From Octopus sinensis (lineage: Eukaryota), in the NCBI RefSeq assembly GCF_006345805.1, contig NC_043022.1, positions 23,746,001 to 23,810,000 on the forward strand: DNA of 64,000 bases. Direction: 5' to 3'. The notes under the pieces were generated by a model that had not been told where the DNA came from, made no database searches, and was given only the letters and a program-made list of their open reading frames with translations. The first letter of the stretch is position 1, and each line of letters begins with the position of its first letter. The position numbers and the translations under genes were made by a program. Positions 11,601 through 25,985 of this stretch are shown here, piece by piece.

Positions 11601-13804
11601 GAGAGGAGACTTGTCTAAATATGGAAAAAGAGAAAAGAATTGACTGGAAATGATTTGAGAAAGGGAGAATTCATTGAAGTCAGAGAAATAATTTAGTGAA
11701 GGAGACTGATAAAATGAGTGACCATAAAGAGCATATTGAAGAATTCACATAAGCCTTTTGTTAACATATTTCTGTTGCATTACACTGCCTTTGTTTCAAT
11801 TAATTTTGAAAATAGTAAAGAATTTAGTAAAATAACTTTGTCATGTTTAAGGTGGAACAAAATTTGATATGAAATTTTGATGGAAGATTTTAATGCAGAC
11901 CACTTTAAAACTAAGAGTTTGTATAATAGAAGTTGGGGCAGTCTTAGGTGCATTGGTTTCAAAAGCGTTAAAAGAAAAATGAAAACCTGCATGAAAAATT
12001 TAGAATTGATTGAAATGTGTATGAATGTATGTATGTATGAATGTATATATATTTTTTTTTTTATAGGGTGGTTTGAAAATCATTTTCCATTTTAAAATTT
12101 AAATGACTTTTTTTAATAAAAAGGTCAAATAAATTTTCTCAAATTTCTTTGAACAACTTATATGTAAAGCCTTCCATTTTTAGACTTCCAGAATCAAACC
12201 CTTACTATACTGCATTGTGTAACAGCTCAGTTTATTTTAGCTCCAATTCTCTCTAATTTATTGTCAGATATTATTCTTTGGTTCTTGGAATTTTTGAGGT
12301 TTGTTTGTGTAAATATTTTGTTTAAAGTAATCCTCAAAAAAAAAAAAAAATCAGGAGTTGTGTAATGTAAAATAGAAAATGACTTTGTACTACCTTGAAT
12401 ACTAAAAAAACCCAAGGTTATTATCAGAAAATCAAGAAGCAAAAAGACAAAACTATATTTTGAGTTAAATTCAAAATTTGTGTGAAATGAAGAAAATGCA
12501 AACTCAGTTTTGAAAGGAAAAAGAAAAAAAAACCTGTCTTTATTTGACTTTCAAATACTTTTGTTCTTGAACTTGCTTTTATTCCTGTTGTGATTATTGA
12601 TTAGTTTTACTCAAACAACTTTACAACACAGTTGCCGACAGTCAAATCTTTTGAAACAAGACAAATTATAATTCTAAGAATCTTTTTGTTTTATGGCTTC
12701 AGTTAACAGAGTAAACTGAAGTCCATGCTCTATTGGAATCCCATGATCTTTTCCAACAGGGATTTTCTAATCTGAGTAAGGTGGTGAACTAGAAAAGAGA
12801 AAGCCATCATGGACCCAGACTCATAGGTTTCTTCTAACCTCTTCTTTGGTTCCTGTTGTTGATGTTCTTGTTGCTCAAACACAGATCAACCCTGATCAAG
12901 CAGAGCTATGAGCAAAGACATTCTAGCCATGACTATCCATCCCATTATTGTATTTATTTTTCGCAATGTCCTACCCCAGAATACATCAACCAGTACATCC
13001 ATTTTTAAGACAGTAGAAAATTATTTGAGGGTGATTTATTTGGGTGCTATTTTCAGCAGGTCAAACAACCATGCAGCAGGTCTCTAATTTCTGTTGTTGT
13101 TTAGCCCTAGGTAAAGCCTGATGAAGTAAACCTCTGATTAAAGTATTTCCAAGCATAACTACCTTGTCTTTTTAGAGGTATTTAATACTGTATTATCTAA
13201 TGTTTCCATCCCTTTTTATAAGATAGAAGAGGTGTTTGGTTTGAGGGAGATTTAGTTATTATTTCTAGCATACAGGGTGACCCAATAGAAGCTACGTTAT
13301 GTTCTTCATTCCTGTAAATGGCTGGAGGTCAGTAGCTGCTGGTGACAGAGTATATGTTATAATATACTTCAATCAGAACAACAACTATGCTCTAATCCTT
13401 CACCGTATCAGGAAGAGTGGTGGGTGGGGGAAATTGTTATGGATTTGAGGGAAATTTTTAAAAATCGGGGACCTTACTCATTAGTAAGTACCAGAGATTG
13501 AAATGCAATTAGATAAGGACCTGCCAGGACTGCATCCATTCTGAGAAAAATAAAGAATCTGTAAATTTTTTCAAATTCATTGATGTCATCATCATCATCA
13601 TCAGCAGTAGCATTTTATGTCCCTTTTTTTTTTACATATCTGGTATAAGTTGGATGGTTTTTCTGAGGTAGCATTTTACAGCTGGATGCCCTTCTTGCTA
13701 CAAACCATTTTTACTAGCTCTTTCAATATACAGCAATGCTGCTGATCTCTTCCAAAACAGGAATACATATGGTAAAAAATTCATAGATCTGTACCTAATA
13801 TTAA

Positions 13805-14021
13805 CCCCTTAGCAAGCAGATTACTGTTAAATGTAATTCTTCCTTATTCACATTTTTTAAAATTAATCATACATTGTAATGTATTTTCAAAATTTTGATA
13901 AAGTGATCATACATTTCTAAAATGACATTGTAGGGTAGATGTAAAAAGCTGTATCTGGCCAGTTTGAACATAAAACAGGTAGAATACTGGACTAGATATG
14001 ACTAATTTAAATGCCAAAGGG
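13805..14021. mobile_element. piggyBac-like MITE (second family)
   Basis: TTAA|CCCCTTAGCA...TGCCAAAGGG|TTAA; relatives at 16390-16581 and ~43360-43790. Confidence 0.75.
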
Positions 14022-14659
14022 TTAAATTCCTGTTCCAGTCTTAAAATTGAAATTATTGGACATTTTTTGCTTTTTCTTAATCAAATGAATTTTAAAGGAC
14101 TTCATATGTGGACAGTTTTCAAATTCAAATTCAGATGAAATTTTTGTGCCCTGACCACCACAATCCCTGCTTCTCATCGTACTGTTGTCTGCTAATCTCC
14201 ACTTTGGTTAGGTTGTATACCAAGATAGGAATTTAGTGATGTGATTTTAGTCACTGTTGTACATGGAAGTTGTTTCTTTTTTTGGCTCTAAGTCAGTACT
14301 GCATTGAGTAAGATCTATGCTCCAAAGTATCTCAAGCATGCTCACCTCATCTTTTATTCTAATATAGCAAACTACTCTGGACTATATTATCCAATGTTTC
14401 ACTTTTGATTTTGCTTTTTTGTAAAAAAATGGGAGTGACATTTGAGGAAAATTTGGCTGCTGTTTTTAGCAAGTTGAGGTCACTCTGAAGGGGATACAAC
14501 TACCACTATGAAAAACTTCAGGAACAAATATAGAAGTTTCTTTTGAATCTGAAAGATCTGTTGTTGTAGTTGTTGTCGTCGTCCTCCTCCTCCTCCTCCT
14601 CCTCCTTCTACTTCTTCTTCTTCATCTTCTTCTTCTTCTTATTATTATTATTATAATAA

Positions 14660-15285
14660 CCCAGCTAACTGGAGGAATTGTTAGCATGCATTGCGTAATG
14701 CTTAGCGGTATTTTGTCTGTCGCTACATTCTGAATTCAAATTCCATTGAGGTCAATTTTGTCTTTCATCCCGAAATGGTCAATAAATTAAGTACCAGTCA
14801 AATACTGGGGTTGATGTAGTCGACTAGTCCCCTCCCCACAAAACTTTGTGCTTTCAGTAGAAAAGGATTATAATTATTATTTTAAGGTGGTGGGCTGGCA
14901 GAAATGTTAGCACACCAGGCAATATTTTGTCCATCTTCACATTCTGAGTTCAAATTCTGCTGAAGTCAACTTTGCCTTTCATCCTTTCAGGGTCGATAAA
15001 GTAAGTACCAGTTGAGTATTGGGGTTGATATAATTGACTATCCCTTATTTGTTAAGGTTATGAACTACTGGAATTGTTAGAACACTGGACAAAATGCTTA
15101 GTGGGATTTCATCCATTTTTACTTTGAAATATTTCCATTTTGTTCTAAGTTCAAATTCTACTGAGGTTGAACTCTGACTTTCATCCCTTCAGGGTCAATA
15201 AAATAAGTGGGGTAATGTAACTGACTTACCCTCCCCTCAAAACCTGGTGGCCCTGTGCCAAAATTTGAAACCATTATTACTATTT
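14660..15285 (+). mobile_element. Three consecutive tRNA-derived SINEs with a Nin/Inv-like central domain
   Basis: Each has GGCAGAA..GTTAGC...TCTGAGTTCAAATTC...GAGGTCAACTTTGCCTTTCATCC...GGGTCGATAAA..AAGTACCAG. Further copies at ~37600-37850, 47767-47985, 50110-50260 and 53965-54185; reversed copies at ~47990-48380 and 58790-59345. Confidence 0.75.
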
Positions 15286-15779
15286 TTTAGCTGTTGTTAT
15301 TGCTACAGTTCCTGTTTGGCTGAAACTTTTCAAAGCATTCAATGAATAGAAAACAATCTGCTTCAGTCTTTGCCATATCCTCCTTTTATCTCCAACCATA
15401 TGCCACATCTGTTGTTCTAATGTCTGTTTGAACAATACCTAGGTCAACATTGTCTTCATCATTCTTAACCAGGCAGCAAACACTTTCAGCATTCTCCTTC
15501 AAAGGTCAGGGAGAGGTCATTTCTGTGGCACACATACACACATGTATTTTGAAATGTTTTAACTGAGGAAAGTTTACATAATGGAAGCACTTCCTAACAT
15601 ATATTACACAAACCTGAAACATATGAATTCAAAATATCAAAATATCAGTATTTGATTTGACTTCATTATTACAACTTATACAACTCAACGTCAGTACAAA
15701 CTAGCTGATCCACACTTCACTTATGCAGATACACACACACACACACATATACATATCTTTTGTCTTCCTTTTAAAGAAA

Positions 15780-15835
<56 letters not shown>

Positions 15836-16389
15836 ACATACATACATACACATGTATATATAATACATATTTATATCTTTTGTCTTCATTTAAAAAAAAA
15901 GAGCACACCTATTTTTGTTTTCATTTCATTCGAAAGAAAAGGAATATTTGTGTGTGTGTGCACGCGCGCACAATTGACTGCTTTTAAAGTTTTCTTATTT
16001 GATTTATCTTCACCTATGATGATGTGCATTGTCTTAAAGTCATACATTTTCATAAATTCACAAAGTAAATTGCTCTATATGTAAAATGAAATTTGAAAAC
16101 TATAACCCTACTTGCAGATATATCTAGTTCTGAAGAAAGTTAGGGAAAATAAGCCACATTAATCAAAAACTACCTATAGTTAGCACTGAAATCTCACTTA
16201 ATTTCTCGTTATTTTTGCCTCTTGGCGCTATGCTTTTTCACCTTGCCAAAGTTAGTCAAGGTCATAGCTCTCTGTAAATGTCTTATTCTTCTTCTTAAAC
16301 CTTCTAGTTTTGAAATCTTGCCAGTCTTTATATTTGTAAATTGTAAAAGAAAATAATTAATAAAATAAAGTATAATAAAAATCTCTTAA

Positions 16390-16581
16390 CCCTGTAGCAT
16401 TTAAACCAGACATATCCAGCCAAAAAATATTCTACCTGTTTTATGTTTAGACTGACCAGAGGCTCCAAAAAATACAGTTGCATAATCAAAAGCACAAGGT
16501 TACAAGATAAAGTTGGATAAATTCAAAACAATGTGAACAAATAAGGGTTACATTTCGTAGAATAACCTGAATGTTAAAGGG
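16390..16581. mobile_element. piggyBac-like MITE
   Basis: TTAA|CCCTGTAGCATT...AATGTTAAAGGG|TTAA. Confidence 0.75.
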
Positions 16582-16705
16582 TTAATGGTTCAAGGTGTTT
16601 ACAAAAGACAATGCTTAGTCCTGATTTTCTCTTTTTATAGGGCTTAGACAGCCATGACCCTTATTGTGGCATGTGTGTGTGTGTGTGTATATATATATAA
16701 ACACA

Positions 16706-16955
16706 TGTGGAGGTGCGTGGCTTAGTGGTTAGGGTGTCAGCACCATGATTGTAAGATTGTAGTTTTGATTCCTGGACTGGGCGACGCGTTGTGTTCTTGA
16801 GCAAAACACTTCATTTCACATTGCACCAGTCCACTCATCTGGCAAAATTGAGTAACGCTGCAATGAACTGGCATCCCATCCAGCTGGGGAACACATAAGC
16901 CATAGAAACCAGGAAACTGGGCCCATGAGCCTGGCTAGGCTTTAAAAGGGAGCAT
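16706..16955 (+). mobile_element. tRNA-derived SINE with Meta/CORE-like domain
   Basis: Head GGAGGTGCGTGGCTTAGTGGTTAGGGTGTC...TTGATTCCTGG, then GTTGTGTTCTTGAGCAAAACACTT; (ATTT)n tail. A similar SINE lies on the minus strand at ~7830-8115. Confidence 0.75.
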
Positions 16956-17262
16956 TTATTTATTTATATATACACACACACACACATGCATGTACATGCA
17001 CGAACACACATATACATATATGCACTAGCGACTGTATGTACTGACAGATGTGTGACTGCTACTGTCACACTTAAAGCTCCACATTGATTTCCATAGTTAT
17101 CTGTAACTTCATACAATAGTGTTCCCTGATGATCTCTTGCGGCAGAGTATTTGGAACACGTATTCTAAGGAGCCAAACACCTATAATGGTGAATTACGCA
17201 TAGGAATTATTATATAAACTCATGTTTATCCTTATTTTATATGTGTGTGCATGTATGTCTGT

Positions 17263-17294
<32 letters not shown>

Positions 17295-18546
17295 GCATCA
17301 AACAAGAGTAAGGCCCTGGTATATATGCATATATTCATACACACACATATTTATACATGTATGAATATGTATGTGTATCCTTTTACTTGTTGCAGTCATT
17401 AGATTGAGGCCATGCTGGGACACCACTTCAATGAATTTTAGTCAAACACTTTCACCCTTGTACTTTTTTTTTTAAACTTGGTACTTATTCATTCGCCAAA
17501 CTGCTAACAAGCAGTGGTAAGAACAAACACATACACGATAGGCTTCTTTCAGTTTTCAACTACCAGGTCTCCTCACAAGACTGTAGAAAGCTATAGTAAA
17601 GGACATTTGTCCAAGGTTCCACTCAGTGAGACTGAACCTCGTACGATATGGTTGAGAAGCAAATTTCTTAACACAGTGACGCCTGTACCTATGTGTATGC
17701 AAGTATGTATGTATGTATGTATGTATGCATGCATTCATGTGTATGTATGTGTGTATACATGTGTGTATGCATGTGTGTGTGTATGTATGTATGTATGTAT
17801 GTATGTATGTATGTATGTATGTATGTATGTATGTATGTATGGGAATGTGTGTGTATCTTACTATGTGTGTCTTTGTATTTGAAATATATAAATTGACATA
17901 TTGGTATCTGTGCTGTCTATGCGTCTTTCAAGGGTTGGCTCCACCAGCTATAAGGTCCTAACCCACTCATGCCATTACATTCTTGTATATTTGTGATTAT
18001 ATTTATTTTCCTATTTACTTTCCAATAATGGAAAATGAGTGCCATTATCTGCTCTAACCCTCTCTTTAATGCTTAATTTCGTTTTTATAAAAAGGTTGCA
18101 AAGCATTCAAGTTCTTCAGTATATCGGTCCTCTCCCTCTCTCTCCCCCATATTTTCTTTCTTTCTCTCTCACCTTGCTACTGTATATCCCTCCCCAGGAA
18201 ACTGGGCCCATGAGCCTGGCTAGGCTTTAAAAGGGAGCATTTATTTATTTATATATACACACACACACACATGCATGTACATGCACGAACACACATATAC
18301 ATATATGCACTAGCGACTGTATGTACTGACAGATGTGTGACTGCTACTGTCACACTTAAAGCTCCACATTGATTTCCATAGTTATCTGTAACTTCATACA
18401 ATAGTGTTCCCTGATGATCTCTTGCGGCAGAGTATTTGGAACACGTATTCTAAGGAGCCAAACACCTATAATGGTGAATTACGCATAGGAATTATTATAT
18501 AAACTCATGTTTATCCTTATTTTATATGTGTGTGCATGTATGTCTG

Positions 18547-18581
<35 letters not shown>

Positions 18582-19469
18582 GCATCAAACAAGAGTAAGG
18601 CCCTGGTATATATGCATATATTCATACACACACATATTTATACATGTATGAATATGTATGTGTATCCTTTTACTTGTTGCAGTCATTAGATTGAGGCCAT
18701 GCTGGGACACCACTTCAATGAATTTTAGTCAAACACTTTCACCCTTGTACTTTTTTTTTTAAACTTGGTACTTATTCATTCGCCAAACTGCTAACAAGCA
18801 GTGGTAAGAACAAACACATACACGATAGGCTTCTTTCAGTTTTCAACTACCAGGTCTCCTCACAAGACTGTAGAAAGCTATAGTAAAGGACATTTGTCCA
18901 AGGTTCCACTCAGTGAGACTGAACCTCGTACGATATGGTTGAGAAGCAAATTTCTTAACACAGTGACGCCTGTACCTATGTGTATGCAAGTATGTATGTA
19001 TGTATGTATGTATGCATGCATTCATGTGTATGTATGTGTGTATACATGTGTGTATGCATGTGTGTGTGTATGTATGTATGTATGTATGTATGTATGTATG
19101 TATGTATGTATGTATGGGAATGTGTGTGTATCTTACTATGTGTGTCTTTGTATTTGAAATATATAAATTGACATATTGGTATCTGCGCTGTCTATGCGTC
19201 TTTCAAGGGTTGGCTCCACCAGCTATAAGGTCCTAACCCACTCATGCCATTACATTCTTGTATATTTGTGATTATATTTATTTTCCTATTTACTTTCCAA
19301 TAATGGAAAATGAGTGCCATTATCTGCTCTAACCCTCTCTTTAATGCTTAATTTCGTTTTTATAAAAAGGTTGCAAAGCATTCAAGTTCTTCAGTATATC
19401 GGTCCTCTCCCTCTCTCTCCCCCATATTTTCTTTCTTTCTCTCTCACCTTGCTACTGTATATCCCTCCC
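16909..19469 (+). repeat. Direct tandem duplication, ~1.28 kb unit x2
   Basis: 16909-18193 is nearly identical to 18194-19469; the ORF track repeats at a +1287 offset (17514 vs 18801). Confidence 0.95.
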
Positions 19470-20834
19470 AATCCCTAGAGTAATACTTCAGTCATTAGAC
19501 TGAAGCCGTGCTGAGGCACTACCTTGGAAACTTCTAGAATCAATCTCAATACTTATTGTTCCAAGTCTGGTACTTATTCTACCTGTCTCTTTTGCTGAAC
19601 TACTGTGGGGATGTAAACACACAAACACCGGTTGTCAGGTGGTGGTGGGGAACAAACATAGACACCAAGACACACACACATACACATACATACAAACACT
19701 CTCACACATATACGACAGGTTTCCTTCAGTTTCTATCTACCAAATCCACACACAAGGCTTTGGTCAGCCCAAGGCTATATATTGTAGAAGACACTTACCC
19801 AAGGTGCATGTAGTGTAACTGAACCCAGAACCATGTGGTTGGGAAGCAAGCCCCTTACCATACAGCTATGCCTGCATAATGTAAAACGCTTCCTAGACTT
19901 AATCTTGCTTAACTTCAGTAACTGAACTTGAACTTGTGTATTCAACATGATACAGCGGTATATAGATTTTCTTTTTGCTAATTCATCCTTTTACCATTCT
20001 TTGTTCCTTTAATTATAGTCCTGTCCTCTCTCATTTTCTTCCCCCTTTTATCTCTCCCTTTTCTCTTTCTATTTCTCTTATGTCATTTGCTTGCTACTTC
20101 CCTCTAAACACACTTATAAAAAGTCTTGCCATCTGTCCAACTTCAAGCATTTGATCTCTGTAACATATGTGTAACAAAACAGTGTTCTCCTGGTGATCCA
20201 TTGTGATTCAATTAAACTTGGAACATCCACCGCCATCATTCTAAACAATCACAACAGTGAACAAACTATATAAACTTCTGTTTATCATAATTGCTTATGT
20301 ATTTATGATAGATGTGTGTGTGTGTGTGTGTGTATTATGTATTTATGATAGATGTGTGTATGTGTGTTATGTATGTATGTATGTATGTATGTATGTATGT
20401 ATGTATGTATGTATGTATTTATGCCTGTATATATGTATGTATAATAGGATGTGTGTGTTATATATGTATGCATACATGCATTCATGCATGTATATATGTA
20501 TGATAGGATGTACGTGTGCTATGTATGTGCGTGTGTATGTATGTATGTATGTATGTATGTATGTATGTATGTATGTATGTATGTATGCATGATAGGATAT
20601 CTGTGTGAGTATGTGTGTATGAGAGGGTGTATGTATATTTGTATGTATGTGTGCATATATGTATGTATGTATGGGAGAATGTATGTGTGTTGAAGCAAAT
20701 ACTCCTTGCATAACCATATTTTGAAATTGCATCCACAAAATTAAACATTGTGCTTAAATTAATTGCAATAATTGTAATAATGATACAGAGAAAGGGAAAT
20801 AGAGAGCTAACACACACACACACATACACATTGT

Positions 20835-23230
20835 CATCATCATTATCATCATCATCATGAGTTAATGTCTGCTTTACATACTGGCTTGGGTTGGATGGCC
20901 TGACAGGAGCCTGAAGATTGTGCTTAACTCTGCCGTCTGCTTTGGCATGGTTTCTACAGTTGGATTTCCTTCCTAACACCAACCACTTTACAGAATGTAC
21001 TGGGAGTTTTTCTTTTACATGGCATCAGCACCAGTGAGACAACCACATAACTTCAAAGACAAGACCCCTCAACTGAAGAGAGAATAGTATTGAGGGGGTG
21101 GCTTTGTGCCAGCTGATGAAAGGTGAGAATATGATAGAGCAGTGGTTTTCAACCAGGGTCTATATGACCCATGGGGGTTCATAGAAGATTTTGTTGTTAA
21201 AATTTACTTGCAATAAAATTGGTTATACTTCTATAATACACAAAATATCTTAACAATATTTTTAATACAGTTCCTAATAATATTTAACTATAGAAATATG
21301 GGATTTTTTACATCAAGTGGCTGTACAGGTTAAGTAGAATCAAATAGGAATCAAAGGGATTCATGGTAAAAAAACGGTCAAGAACCACTGTGGTTGATGG
21401 ATGGAGACAGGTGTCCTGCAGCAGAGGAGATACATAGATACCCCAGCTGGAAAAAGGGAGAGAAGAGAGAGAAAGAGTGAGAGAAGAAGTAAGTTCATGA
21501 GAATGGGAGACAGAGGGGAAGGGAATGCAGTGAGTGGAGGAGGAAAAATTCTATAAGGAATATTAGTTGTGAGGAAGAGATTGTTAGGGGATAGATTGTG
21601 TGCAGAGGCATAAGCATAAACAGCATACCTTTAAGGTTACATTTTTACTTAGATGGATGCATCCTCTTAAGCACAACAAATTGCCAGTCATCTTGGTCCT
21701 TTGTCATCTTCTCTGTGAGACTTGGCATCTAAAGGCCATTTTTCACCACTTTGTCCCATGTCTTCATAGGTCATCCTCTTCCTCAGGTTCTATCCACATT
21801 TAGCAATCAGCACTTCTTCATGCAGCTGTCCTCATCCATACACATCACTTGACTATACCAGCATAGTCTTCTCTCCTGCACACATCTGATACCTCTTATA
21901 CCAAATTTTTCTCTTACACTTTGTCATATATGCATACTGACATTGTACATCTAGCAGAGCATGCTAGTTTCACTTCTTTTAAGCCTTTACATTCACAGTC
22001 CATGTTTCACTATCATGTAGCATAGCTGTTCATATACAAGCATCATACAAACTGCCTTTTACCCTGAGGTAGAGGCTCTTTGTTACCAACAAAGATAATA
22101 ACTCTCTAAACTTTGCCCAACCGGTTCTTATTCTTGCAACTACGCTTTCAGAGCATCCTCCTTCACTACTAATTAGGGTACCTAAGTAACAAAAGCCACA
22201 GCTGCTAAGGATCCTCCTGGGCATTTGAGGAAATCAATTTCTTGTGTGTTATTAGTGTTTATTTTTCTGGGACATGCCCACTTCTGGATACATTGTATAG
22301 AATTTCTAAGTGCACTTTTCTTCATATCAAGTAGGGTCATTTCCCTGAAGGGATTAGTAACTTGTCTGCTTTCCTGCTTACTAGAACTTAGGTCTTTGCT
22401 AAGTTAACTCTATGGCTCTTTGATTTCAAGCTTTGCTTCCATACCAGAAATTACTCTGAATCTATTATAGATTCAATTATAAGAACAAAGTCATCAGCAT
22501 AGAGGAGCTCCCTTGGGCAACCAGTTTTAAAGTCCTCTATTATGGCTTGGAGGATTATGATCAATAAGAGGGGTTGAGAAGCGAGCCATAGCGAATTCCT
22601 ATTTGCATAGTAAATTTCATTACTATACTCACATACATGGCATGGATATTTATCACCAGCCACTTATCTACCTCTAGTTTCTGCAGTAATCACCACCCTT
22701 TCAAAGACTTTATCTATATTGGCAAATGCCAGGTACAGCAGTATATTTTTGGCTAAATACTTCTCCTGAAATCGCCTTACTACAAAGATAGTATCAGTCG
22801 TGCTTCTCCTTGGCACAAAACCAAGTTGCATATCATCTATGCTAACTCTTTTCCTAATTAGTTGAGCTATGACCCTTTCTCTAACTTTCATGACCTGATG
22901 CAGCAATTTGATACTTCTGTAAATTACTTTTGTCTCGGACATCTCCTTTACCTTTGTATCAATTGACAATAATGCTTATACTCCAATTGTTGGGTATGAT
23001 ACCTTCTTCGACAATCTGATCAATTATATGGGTAGCTAGGCCATATGCTACTCCACTGAATATTTGAAGCATCTTAGTGGTAATTCCTGGTGGATCAGGA
23101 ACTTTTCTTTTTCATATCCTTAATTCATTTATGATACATAGTTGTCAACTAGGATATCTGATCCCTCTGTTAATTCCTCACTAGGAAGACTCTCCTCTCT
23201 CCATGCATTCTCTACACTTAATAGCCTCTT
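20835..23230 (-). mobile_element. Decayed 5'-truncated RTE-clade LINE (RT region, C-terminus and 3' UTR), interrupted by a hAT MITE
   Basis: Frameshifted RT motifs QLGFVPRRSTTDTIF, LYLAFANIDKVFERV, ELLYADDFVLI, YLGTLISSEGGCSESVVARIRTGWAKF, KTWDKVVK; (GAT)n tail at ~20840. Confidence 0.9.
21140..21390. mobile_element. hAT-like MITE
   Basis: TIRs CAGTGGTTTTCAACC and GGTCAAGAACCACTG. Confidence 0.75.
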
Positions 23231-23239
23231 TCTAGCATT

Positions 23240-23920
23240 GGAAAGAGATCAAAAGAGGTGGAAATCCATTGGTGCCAAATCAAGAGAGTACAGTGTGTGT
23301 GGCAGCACATACTAGCTATGCATCTGAATGGCTTTCTTGGTCATATTGGCGATATGAGGGCAGGTGTTGTCATGCATCAGAAGAACTCCATGCTGACAAT
23401 TAAGTCTTTTCTCTTGAATATCCATGTTGAGTTGTTCCATCTGTTGAACATAGAGTTCTACATTGACTGTTTGGTTCTGTTCAAGCAATTCGTAATGGAT
23501 AATCCCTTCCCAGTCCCACCATACACACAACATTGTTTTACACAGATGATGATCTGGTTTCACACATGGTGTCGCTTGTTTACTGGGGCTAAGCAATTCC
23601 TTATGCTGCTTCATATTGATGTACAGGCACCATTTTTCGTCGCCAGTAATGATTCGGTAAAGAAATTGTTGCTTGTGTCCATGAGTTGAGCAGTGATGAG
23701 CAAGCAAACCAGCGGAGATTGTGGCTTGTTGATTTTTGTTGTCGTCACTTAAAGCATGCAGAACCCATGCTCCATACTTCTGAACCTTTCTCTATAGCAG
23801 TGTGGAGCATTCTATTTTCTCTGCCAGTTCCCTTGTCATTTGACAAGAATTTTCATGCAAAAGGTGGTTTAATCACTCTTCATCGAACTTAACTAGATGG
23901 CCAGAACGAGGTGCGTCTTC

Positions 23921-23925
<5 letters not shown>
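23240..23925 (-). pseudogene. Mariner (DD34D) transposase remnant
   Basis: IITGDEKWCLY, KTMLCVWWDWEGIIHYELLEQNQTVN, VLLMHDNTCPHIAN; upstream part is frameshifted. Confidence 0.93.
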
Positions 23926-23960
<35 letters not shown>

Positions 23961-23976
23961 TTGATAGATAGATATA

Positions 23977-25348
23977 TCATCATCATCATCATCGTTTAAC
24001 GTCCGTTTTCCATGCTAGCATGGGTTGGACTGTTTGACCGGGGTCTGGGAAGCCAGGAGGCTGCACCAGGCTCCAGTCTGATCTGGCAGTGTTTCTAGGG
24101 CTGGATGCCCTTCCTAATGCCAACCACTCTGTGAGTGTAGTGGGTGCTTTTTACGTGCCACCGGCACAGGTGCCAGGGGAGGCTAGCAACGGCCACGATT
24201 GGTTGGTGCTTTTTATATGTTACCAGCATGGAAGCCAGTCAAAGTGGCACTGGCATCGGCCACGTATGGATGGTGCTTTTAACGTGCCACCAGCACAGGT
24301 ATCACAACTACAATTTCCATTTGATTCTTTTTTTATGTTGATGTACTTGACTCAATAGGCCTCCTCATGCACAGCAGGCCGTCCTGCGATCCAAGGCACT
24401 TTGGATGAGCTGGGGCTTCTATGTGAAGCTGGTGCAGGAAACAGCCATGAATTCACGTTATTTGTCAGGTCTTTGCAGTCACAGCATATCTCCAGAGGTC
24501 TCAGTCTTTCGTCATTGCCTCTGTGAGACCCAATGTTCAAAGGTCATGCTTGACCACCTTATCCCATGTCTTCCTGGGTCTACCTCTACCCCGTATTCCT
24601 TTAACTGTTTAGAAGTGGCACTTCTTCACACATCTCTCTTTATCCATCCGTAGTACATGACCATACCAGCGCAGACATCTCTCTTGCACGCCACATCCAA
24701 CGCTTCTTATGTCCAGCATTTCTCTCAGGGCACTTACACTCTGTCATGTATGCACACTGACATTACACATCCAACGGATCATGCTAGCTTCATTTCTTTC
24801 AAGCCTACGCATGTCCTCTGCAGTCACAGCCCATGTTTCACTACCGCGAAGCATGGCAGTTTGCACACATGCGTTGTACAATCTACCTTTCACTCTGAAC
24901 GAGGCACCCTTTGTCACCAGTAGGGGTAGAAGCTTTCTAAACTTTGCCCAGGCTATTCTTATTCTAGTAGTAACACTCTCTGAGCATCCACCCCACTACT
25001 AACTTGGTCACCTAGGTAGCAGAAACTATCAACTACTTCTAGTTTCTTCCCCAGGAGTGTAATGGAATCTGTTTTCTGAGTATCAACGGTGTCTATTGCA
25101 CCTGTGCATCTGCCGCACACGAAAGCTATTTTCTCGGTTAATTTTCCTTTGATGGTGCTGCACCTCTAATGTGTCCATAGCTTACACTGGGTACATCTTA
25201 TGGAGTTTCTACCTACACCTTTTCTACAAATCGAGCAGGGCCACCGGCCTGAAGGGGTGTGTGGTGTGTTTGCCTTCCATTTTACTAGAACTTTGGTCTT
25301 TGCTACATTGACTGTAAGGCCTTTTGATTCTAAACCTAGCTTCCACAC
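23977..25348 (-). mobile_element. Younger 5'-truncated RTE LINE (ORF2 C-terminus, 3' UTR, (GAT)n tail)
   Basis: WKLGLESKGLTVNVAKTKVLV, CSICRKGVGRNSIRCTQCKLWTH and GRGRPRKTWDKVVKHDL, continuous with the tandem-motif 3' UTR. Confidence 0.93.
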
Positions 25349-25805
25349 CCAACTGTATATATATGTATATATGTATGTGTATAAGGTAAGCAGAGTTAGC
25401 AGTTGTAGTAATCAACTAAGGGATAAATATATCTGTATTTACTATCAGTGTCAGTTACCTGTGTTATCTCGGGGCATGGGGGTGCAGGCACACTATGCTC
25501 ATAGGGTACAAGTAACAACAAAGTTTATCAGGAATCAAATTTAAATAATCAGAAAATGGAGAAAACTTTAGATCAATAAACAAATCAATTGGACCACATC
25601 TGTAGATTATTTTTTAATACAAAACATGGCATAAGATTTATGTCACAACAATTCTTACGGCCATTTCTGCTTCCAATATCCGCCAGTGTCTGCAAAAGAA
25701 CTGCAAAAATTATATTCTTCATCTTCATGGGATATTCGAACTCATATATGTATATATATAAGTATGTATATGTGTTGGTTGTATATCTATGTGTATGTAT
25801 ATATA

Positions 25806-25836
<31 letters not shown>

Positions 25837-25904
25837 CTTTGATACTTTGATAGGTTTCGGCCATTATTGGCCCAGGCCATGTCTAACTTAATAGCACCAC
25901 CTGG

Positions 25905-25906
25905 TA

Positions 25907-25985
<79 letters not shown>

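Noticed and set aside
15310-15530. Protein-like minus-strand reading LKENAESVCCLVKNDEDNVDLGIVQTDIRTTDVAYGWR*
   Set aside because: Bounded by stops, no usable splice sites, no recognisable family.
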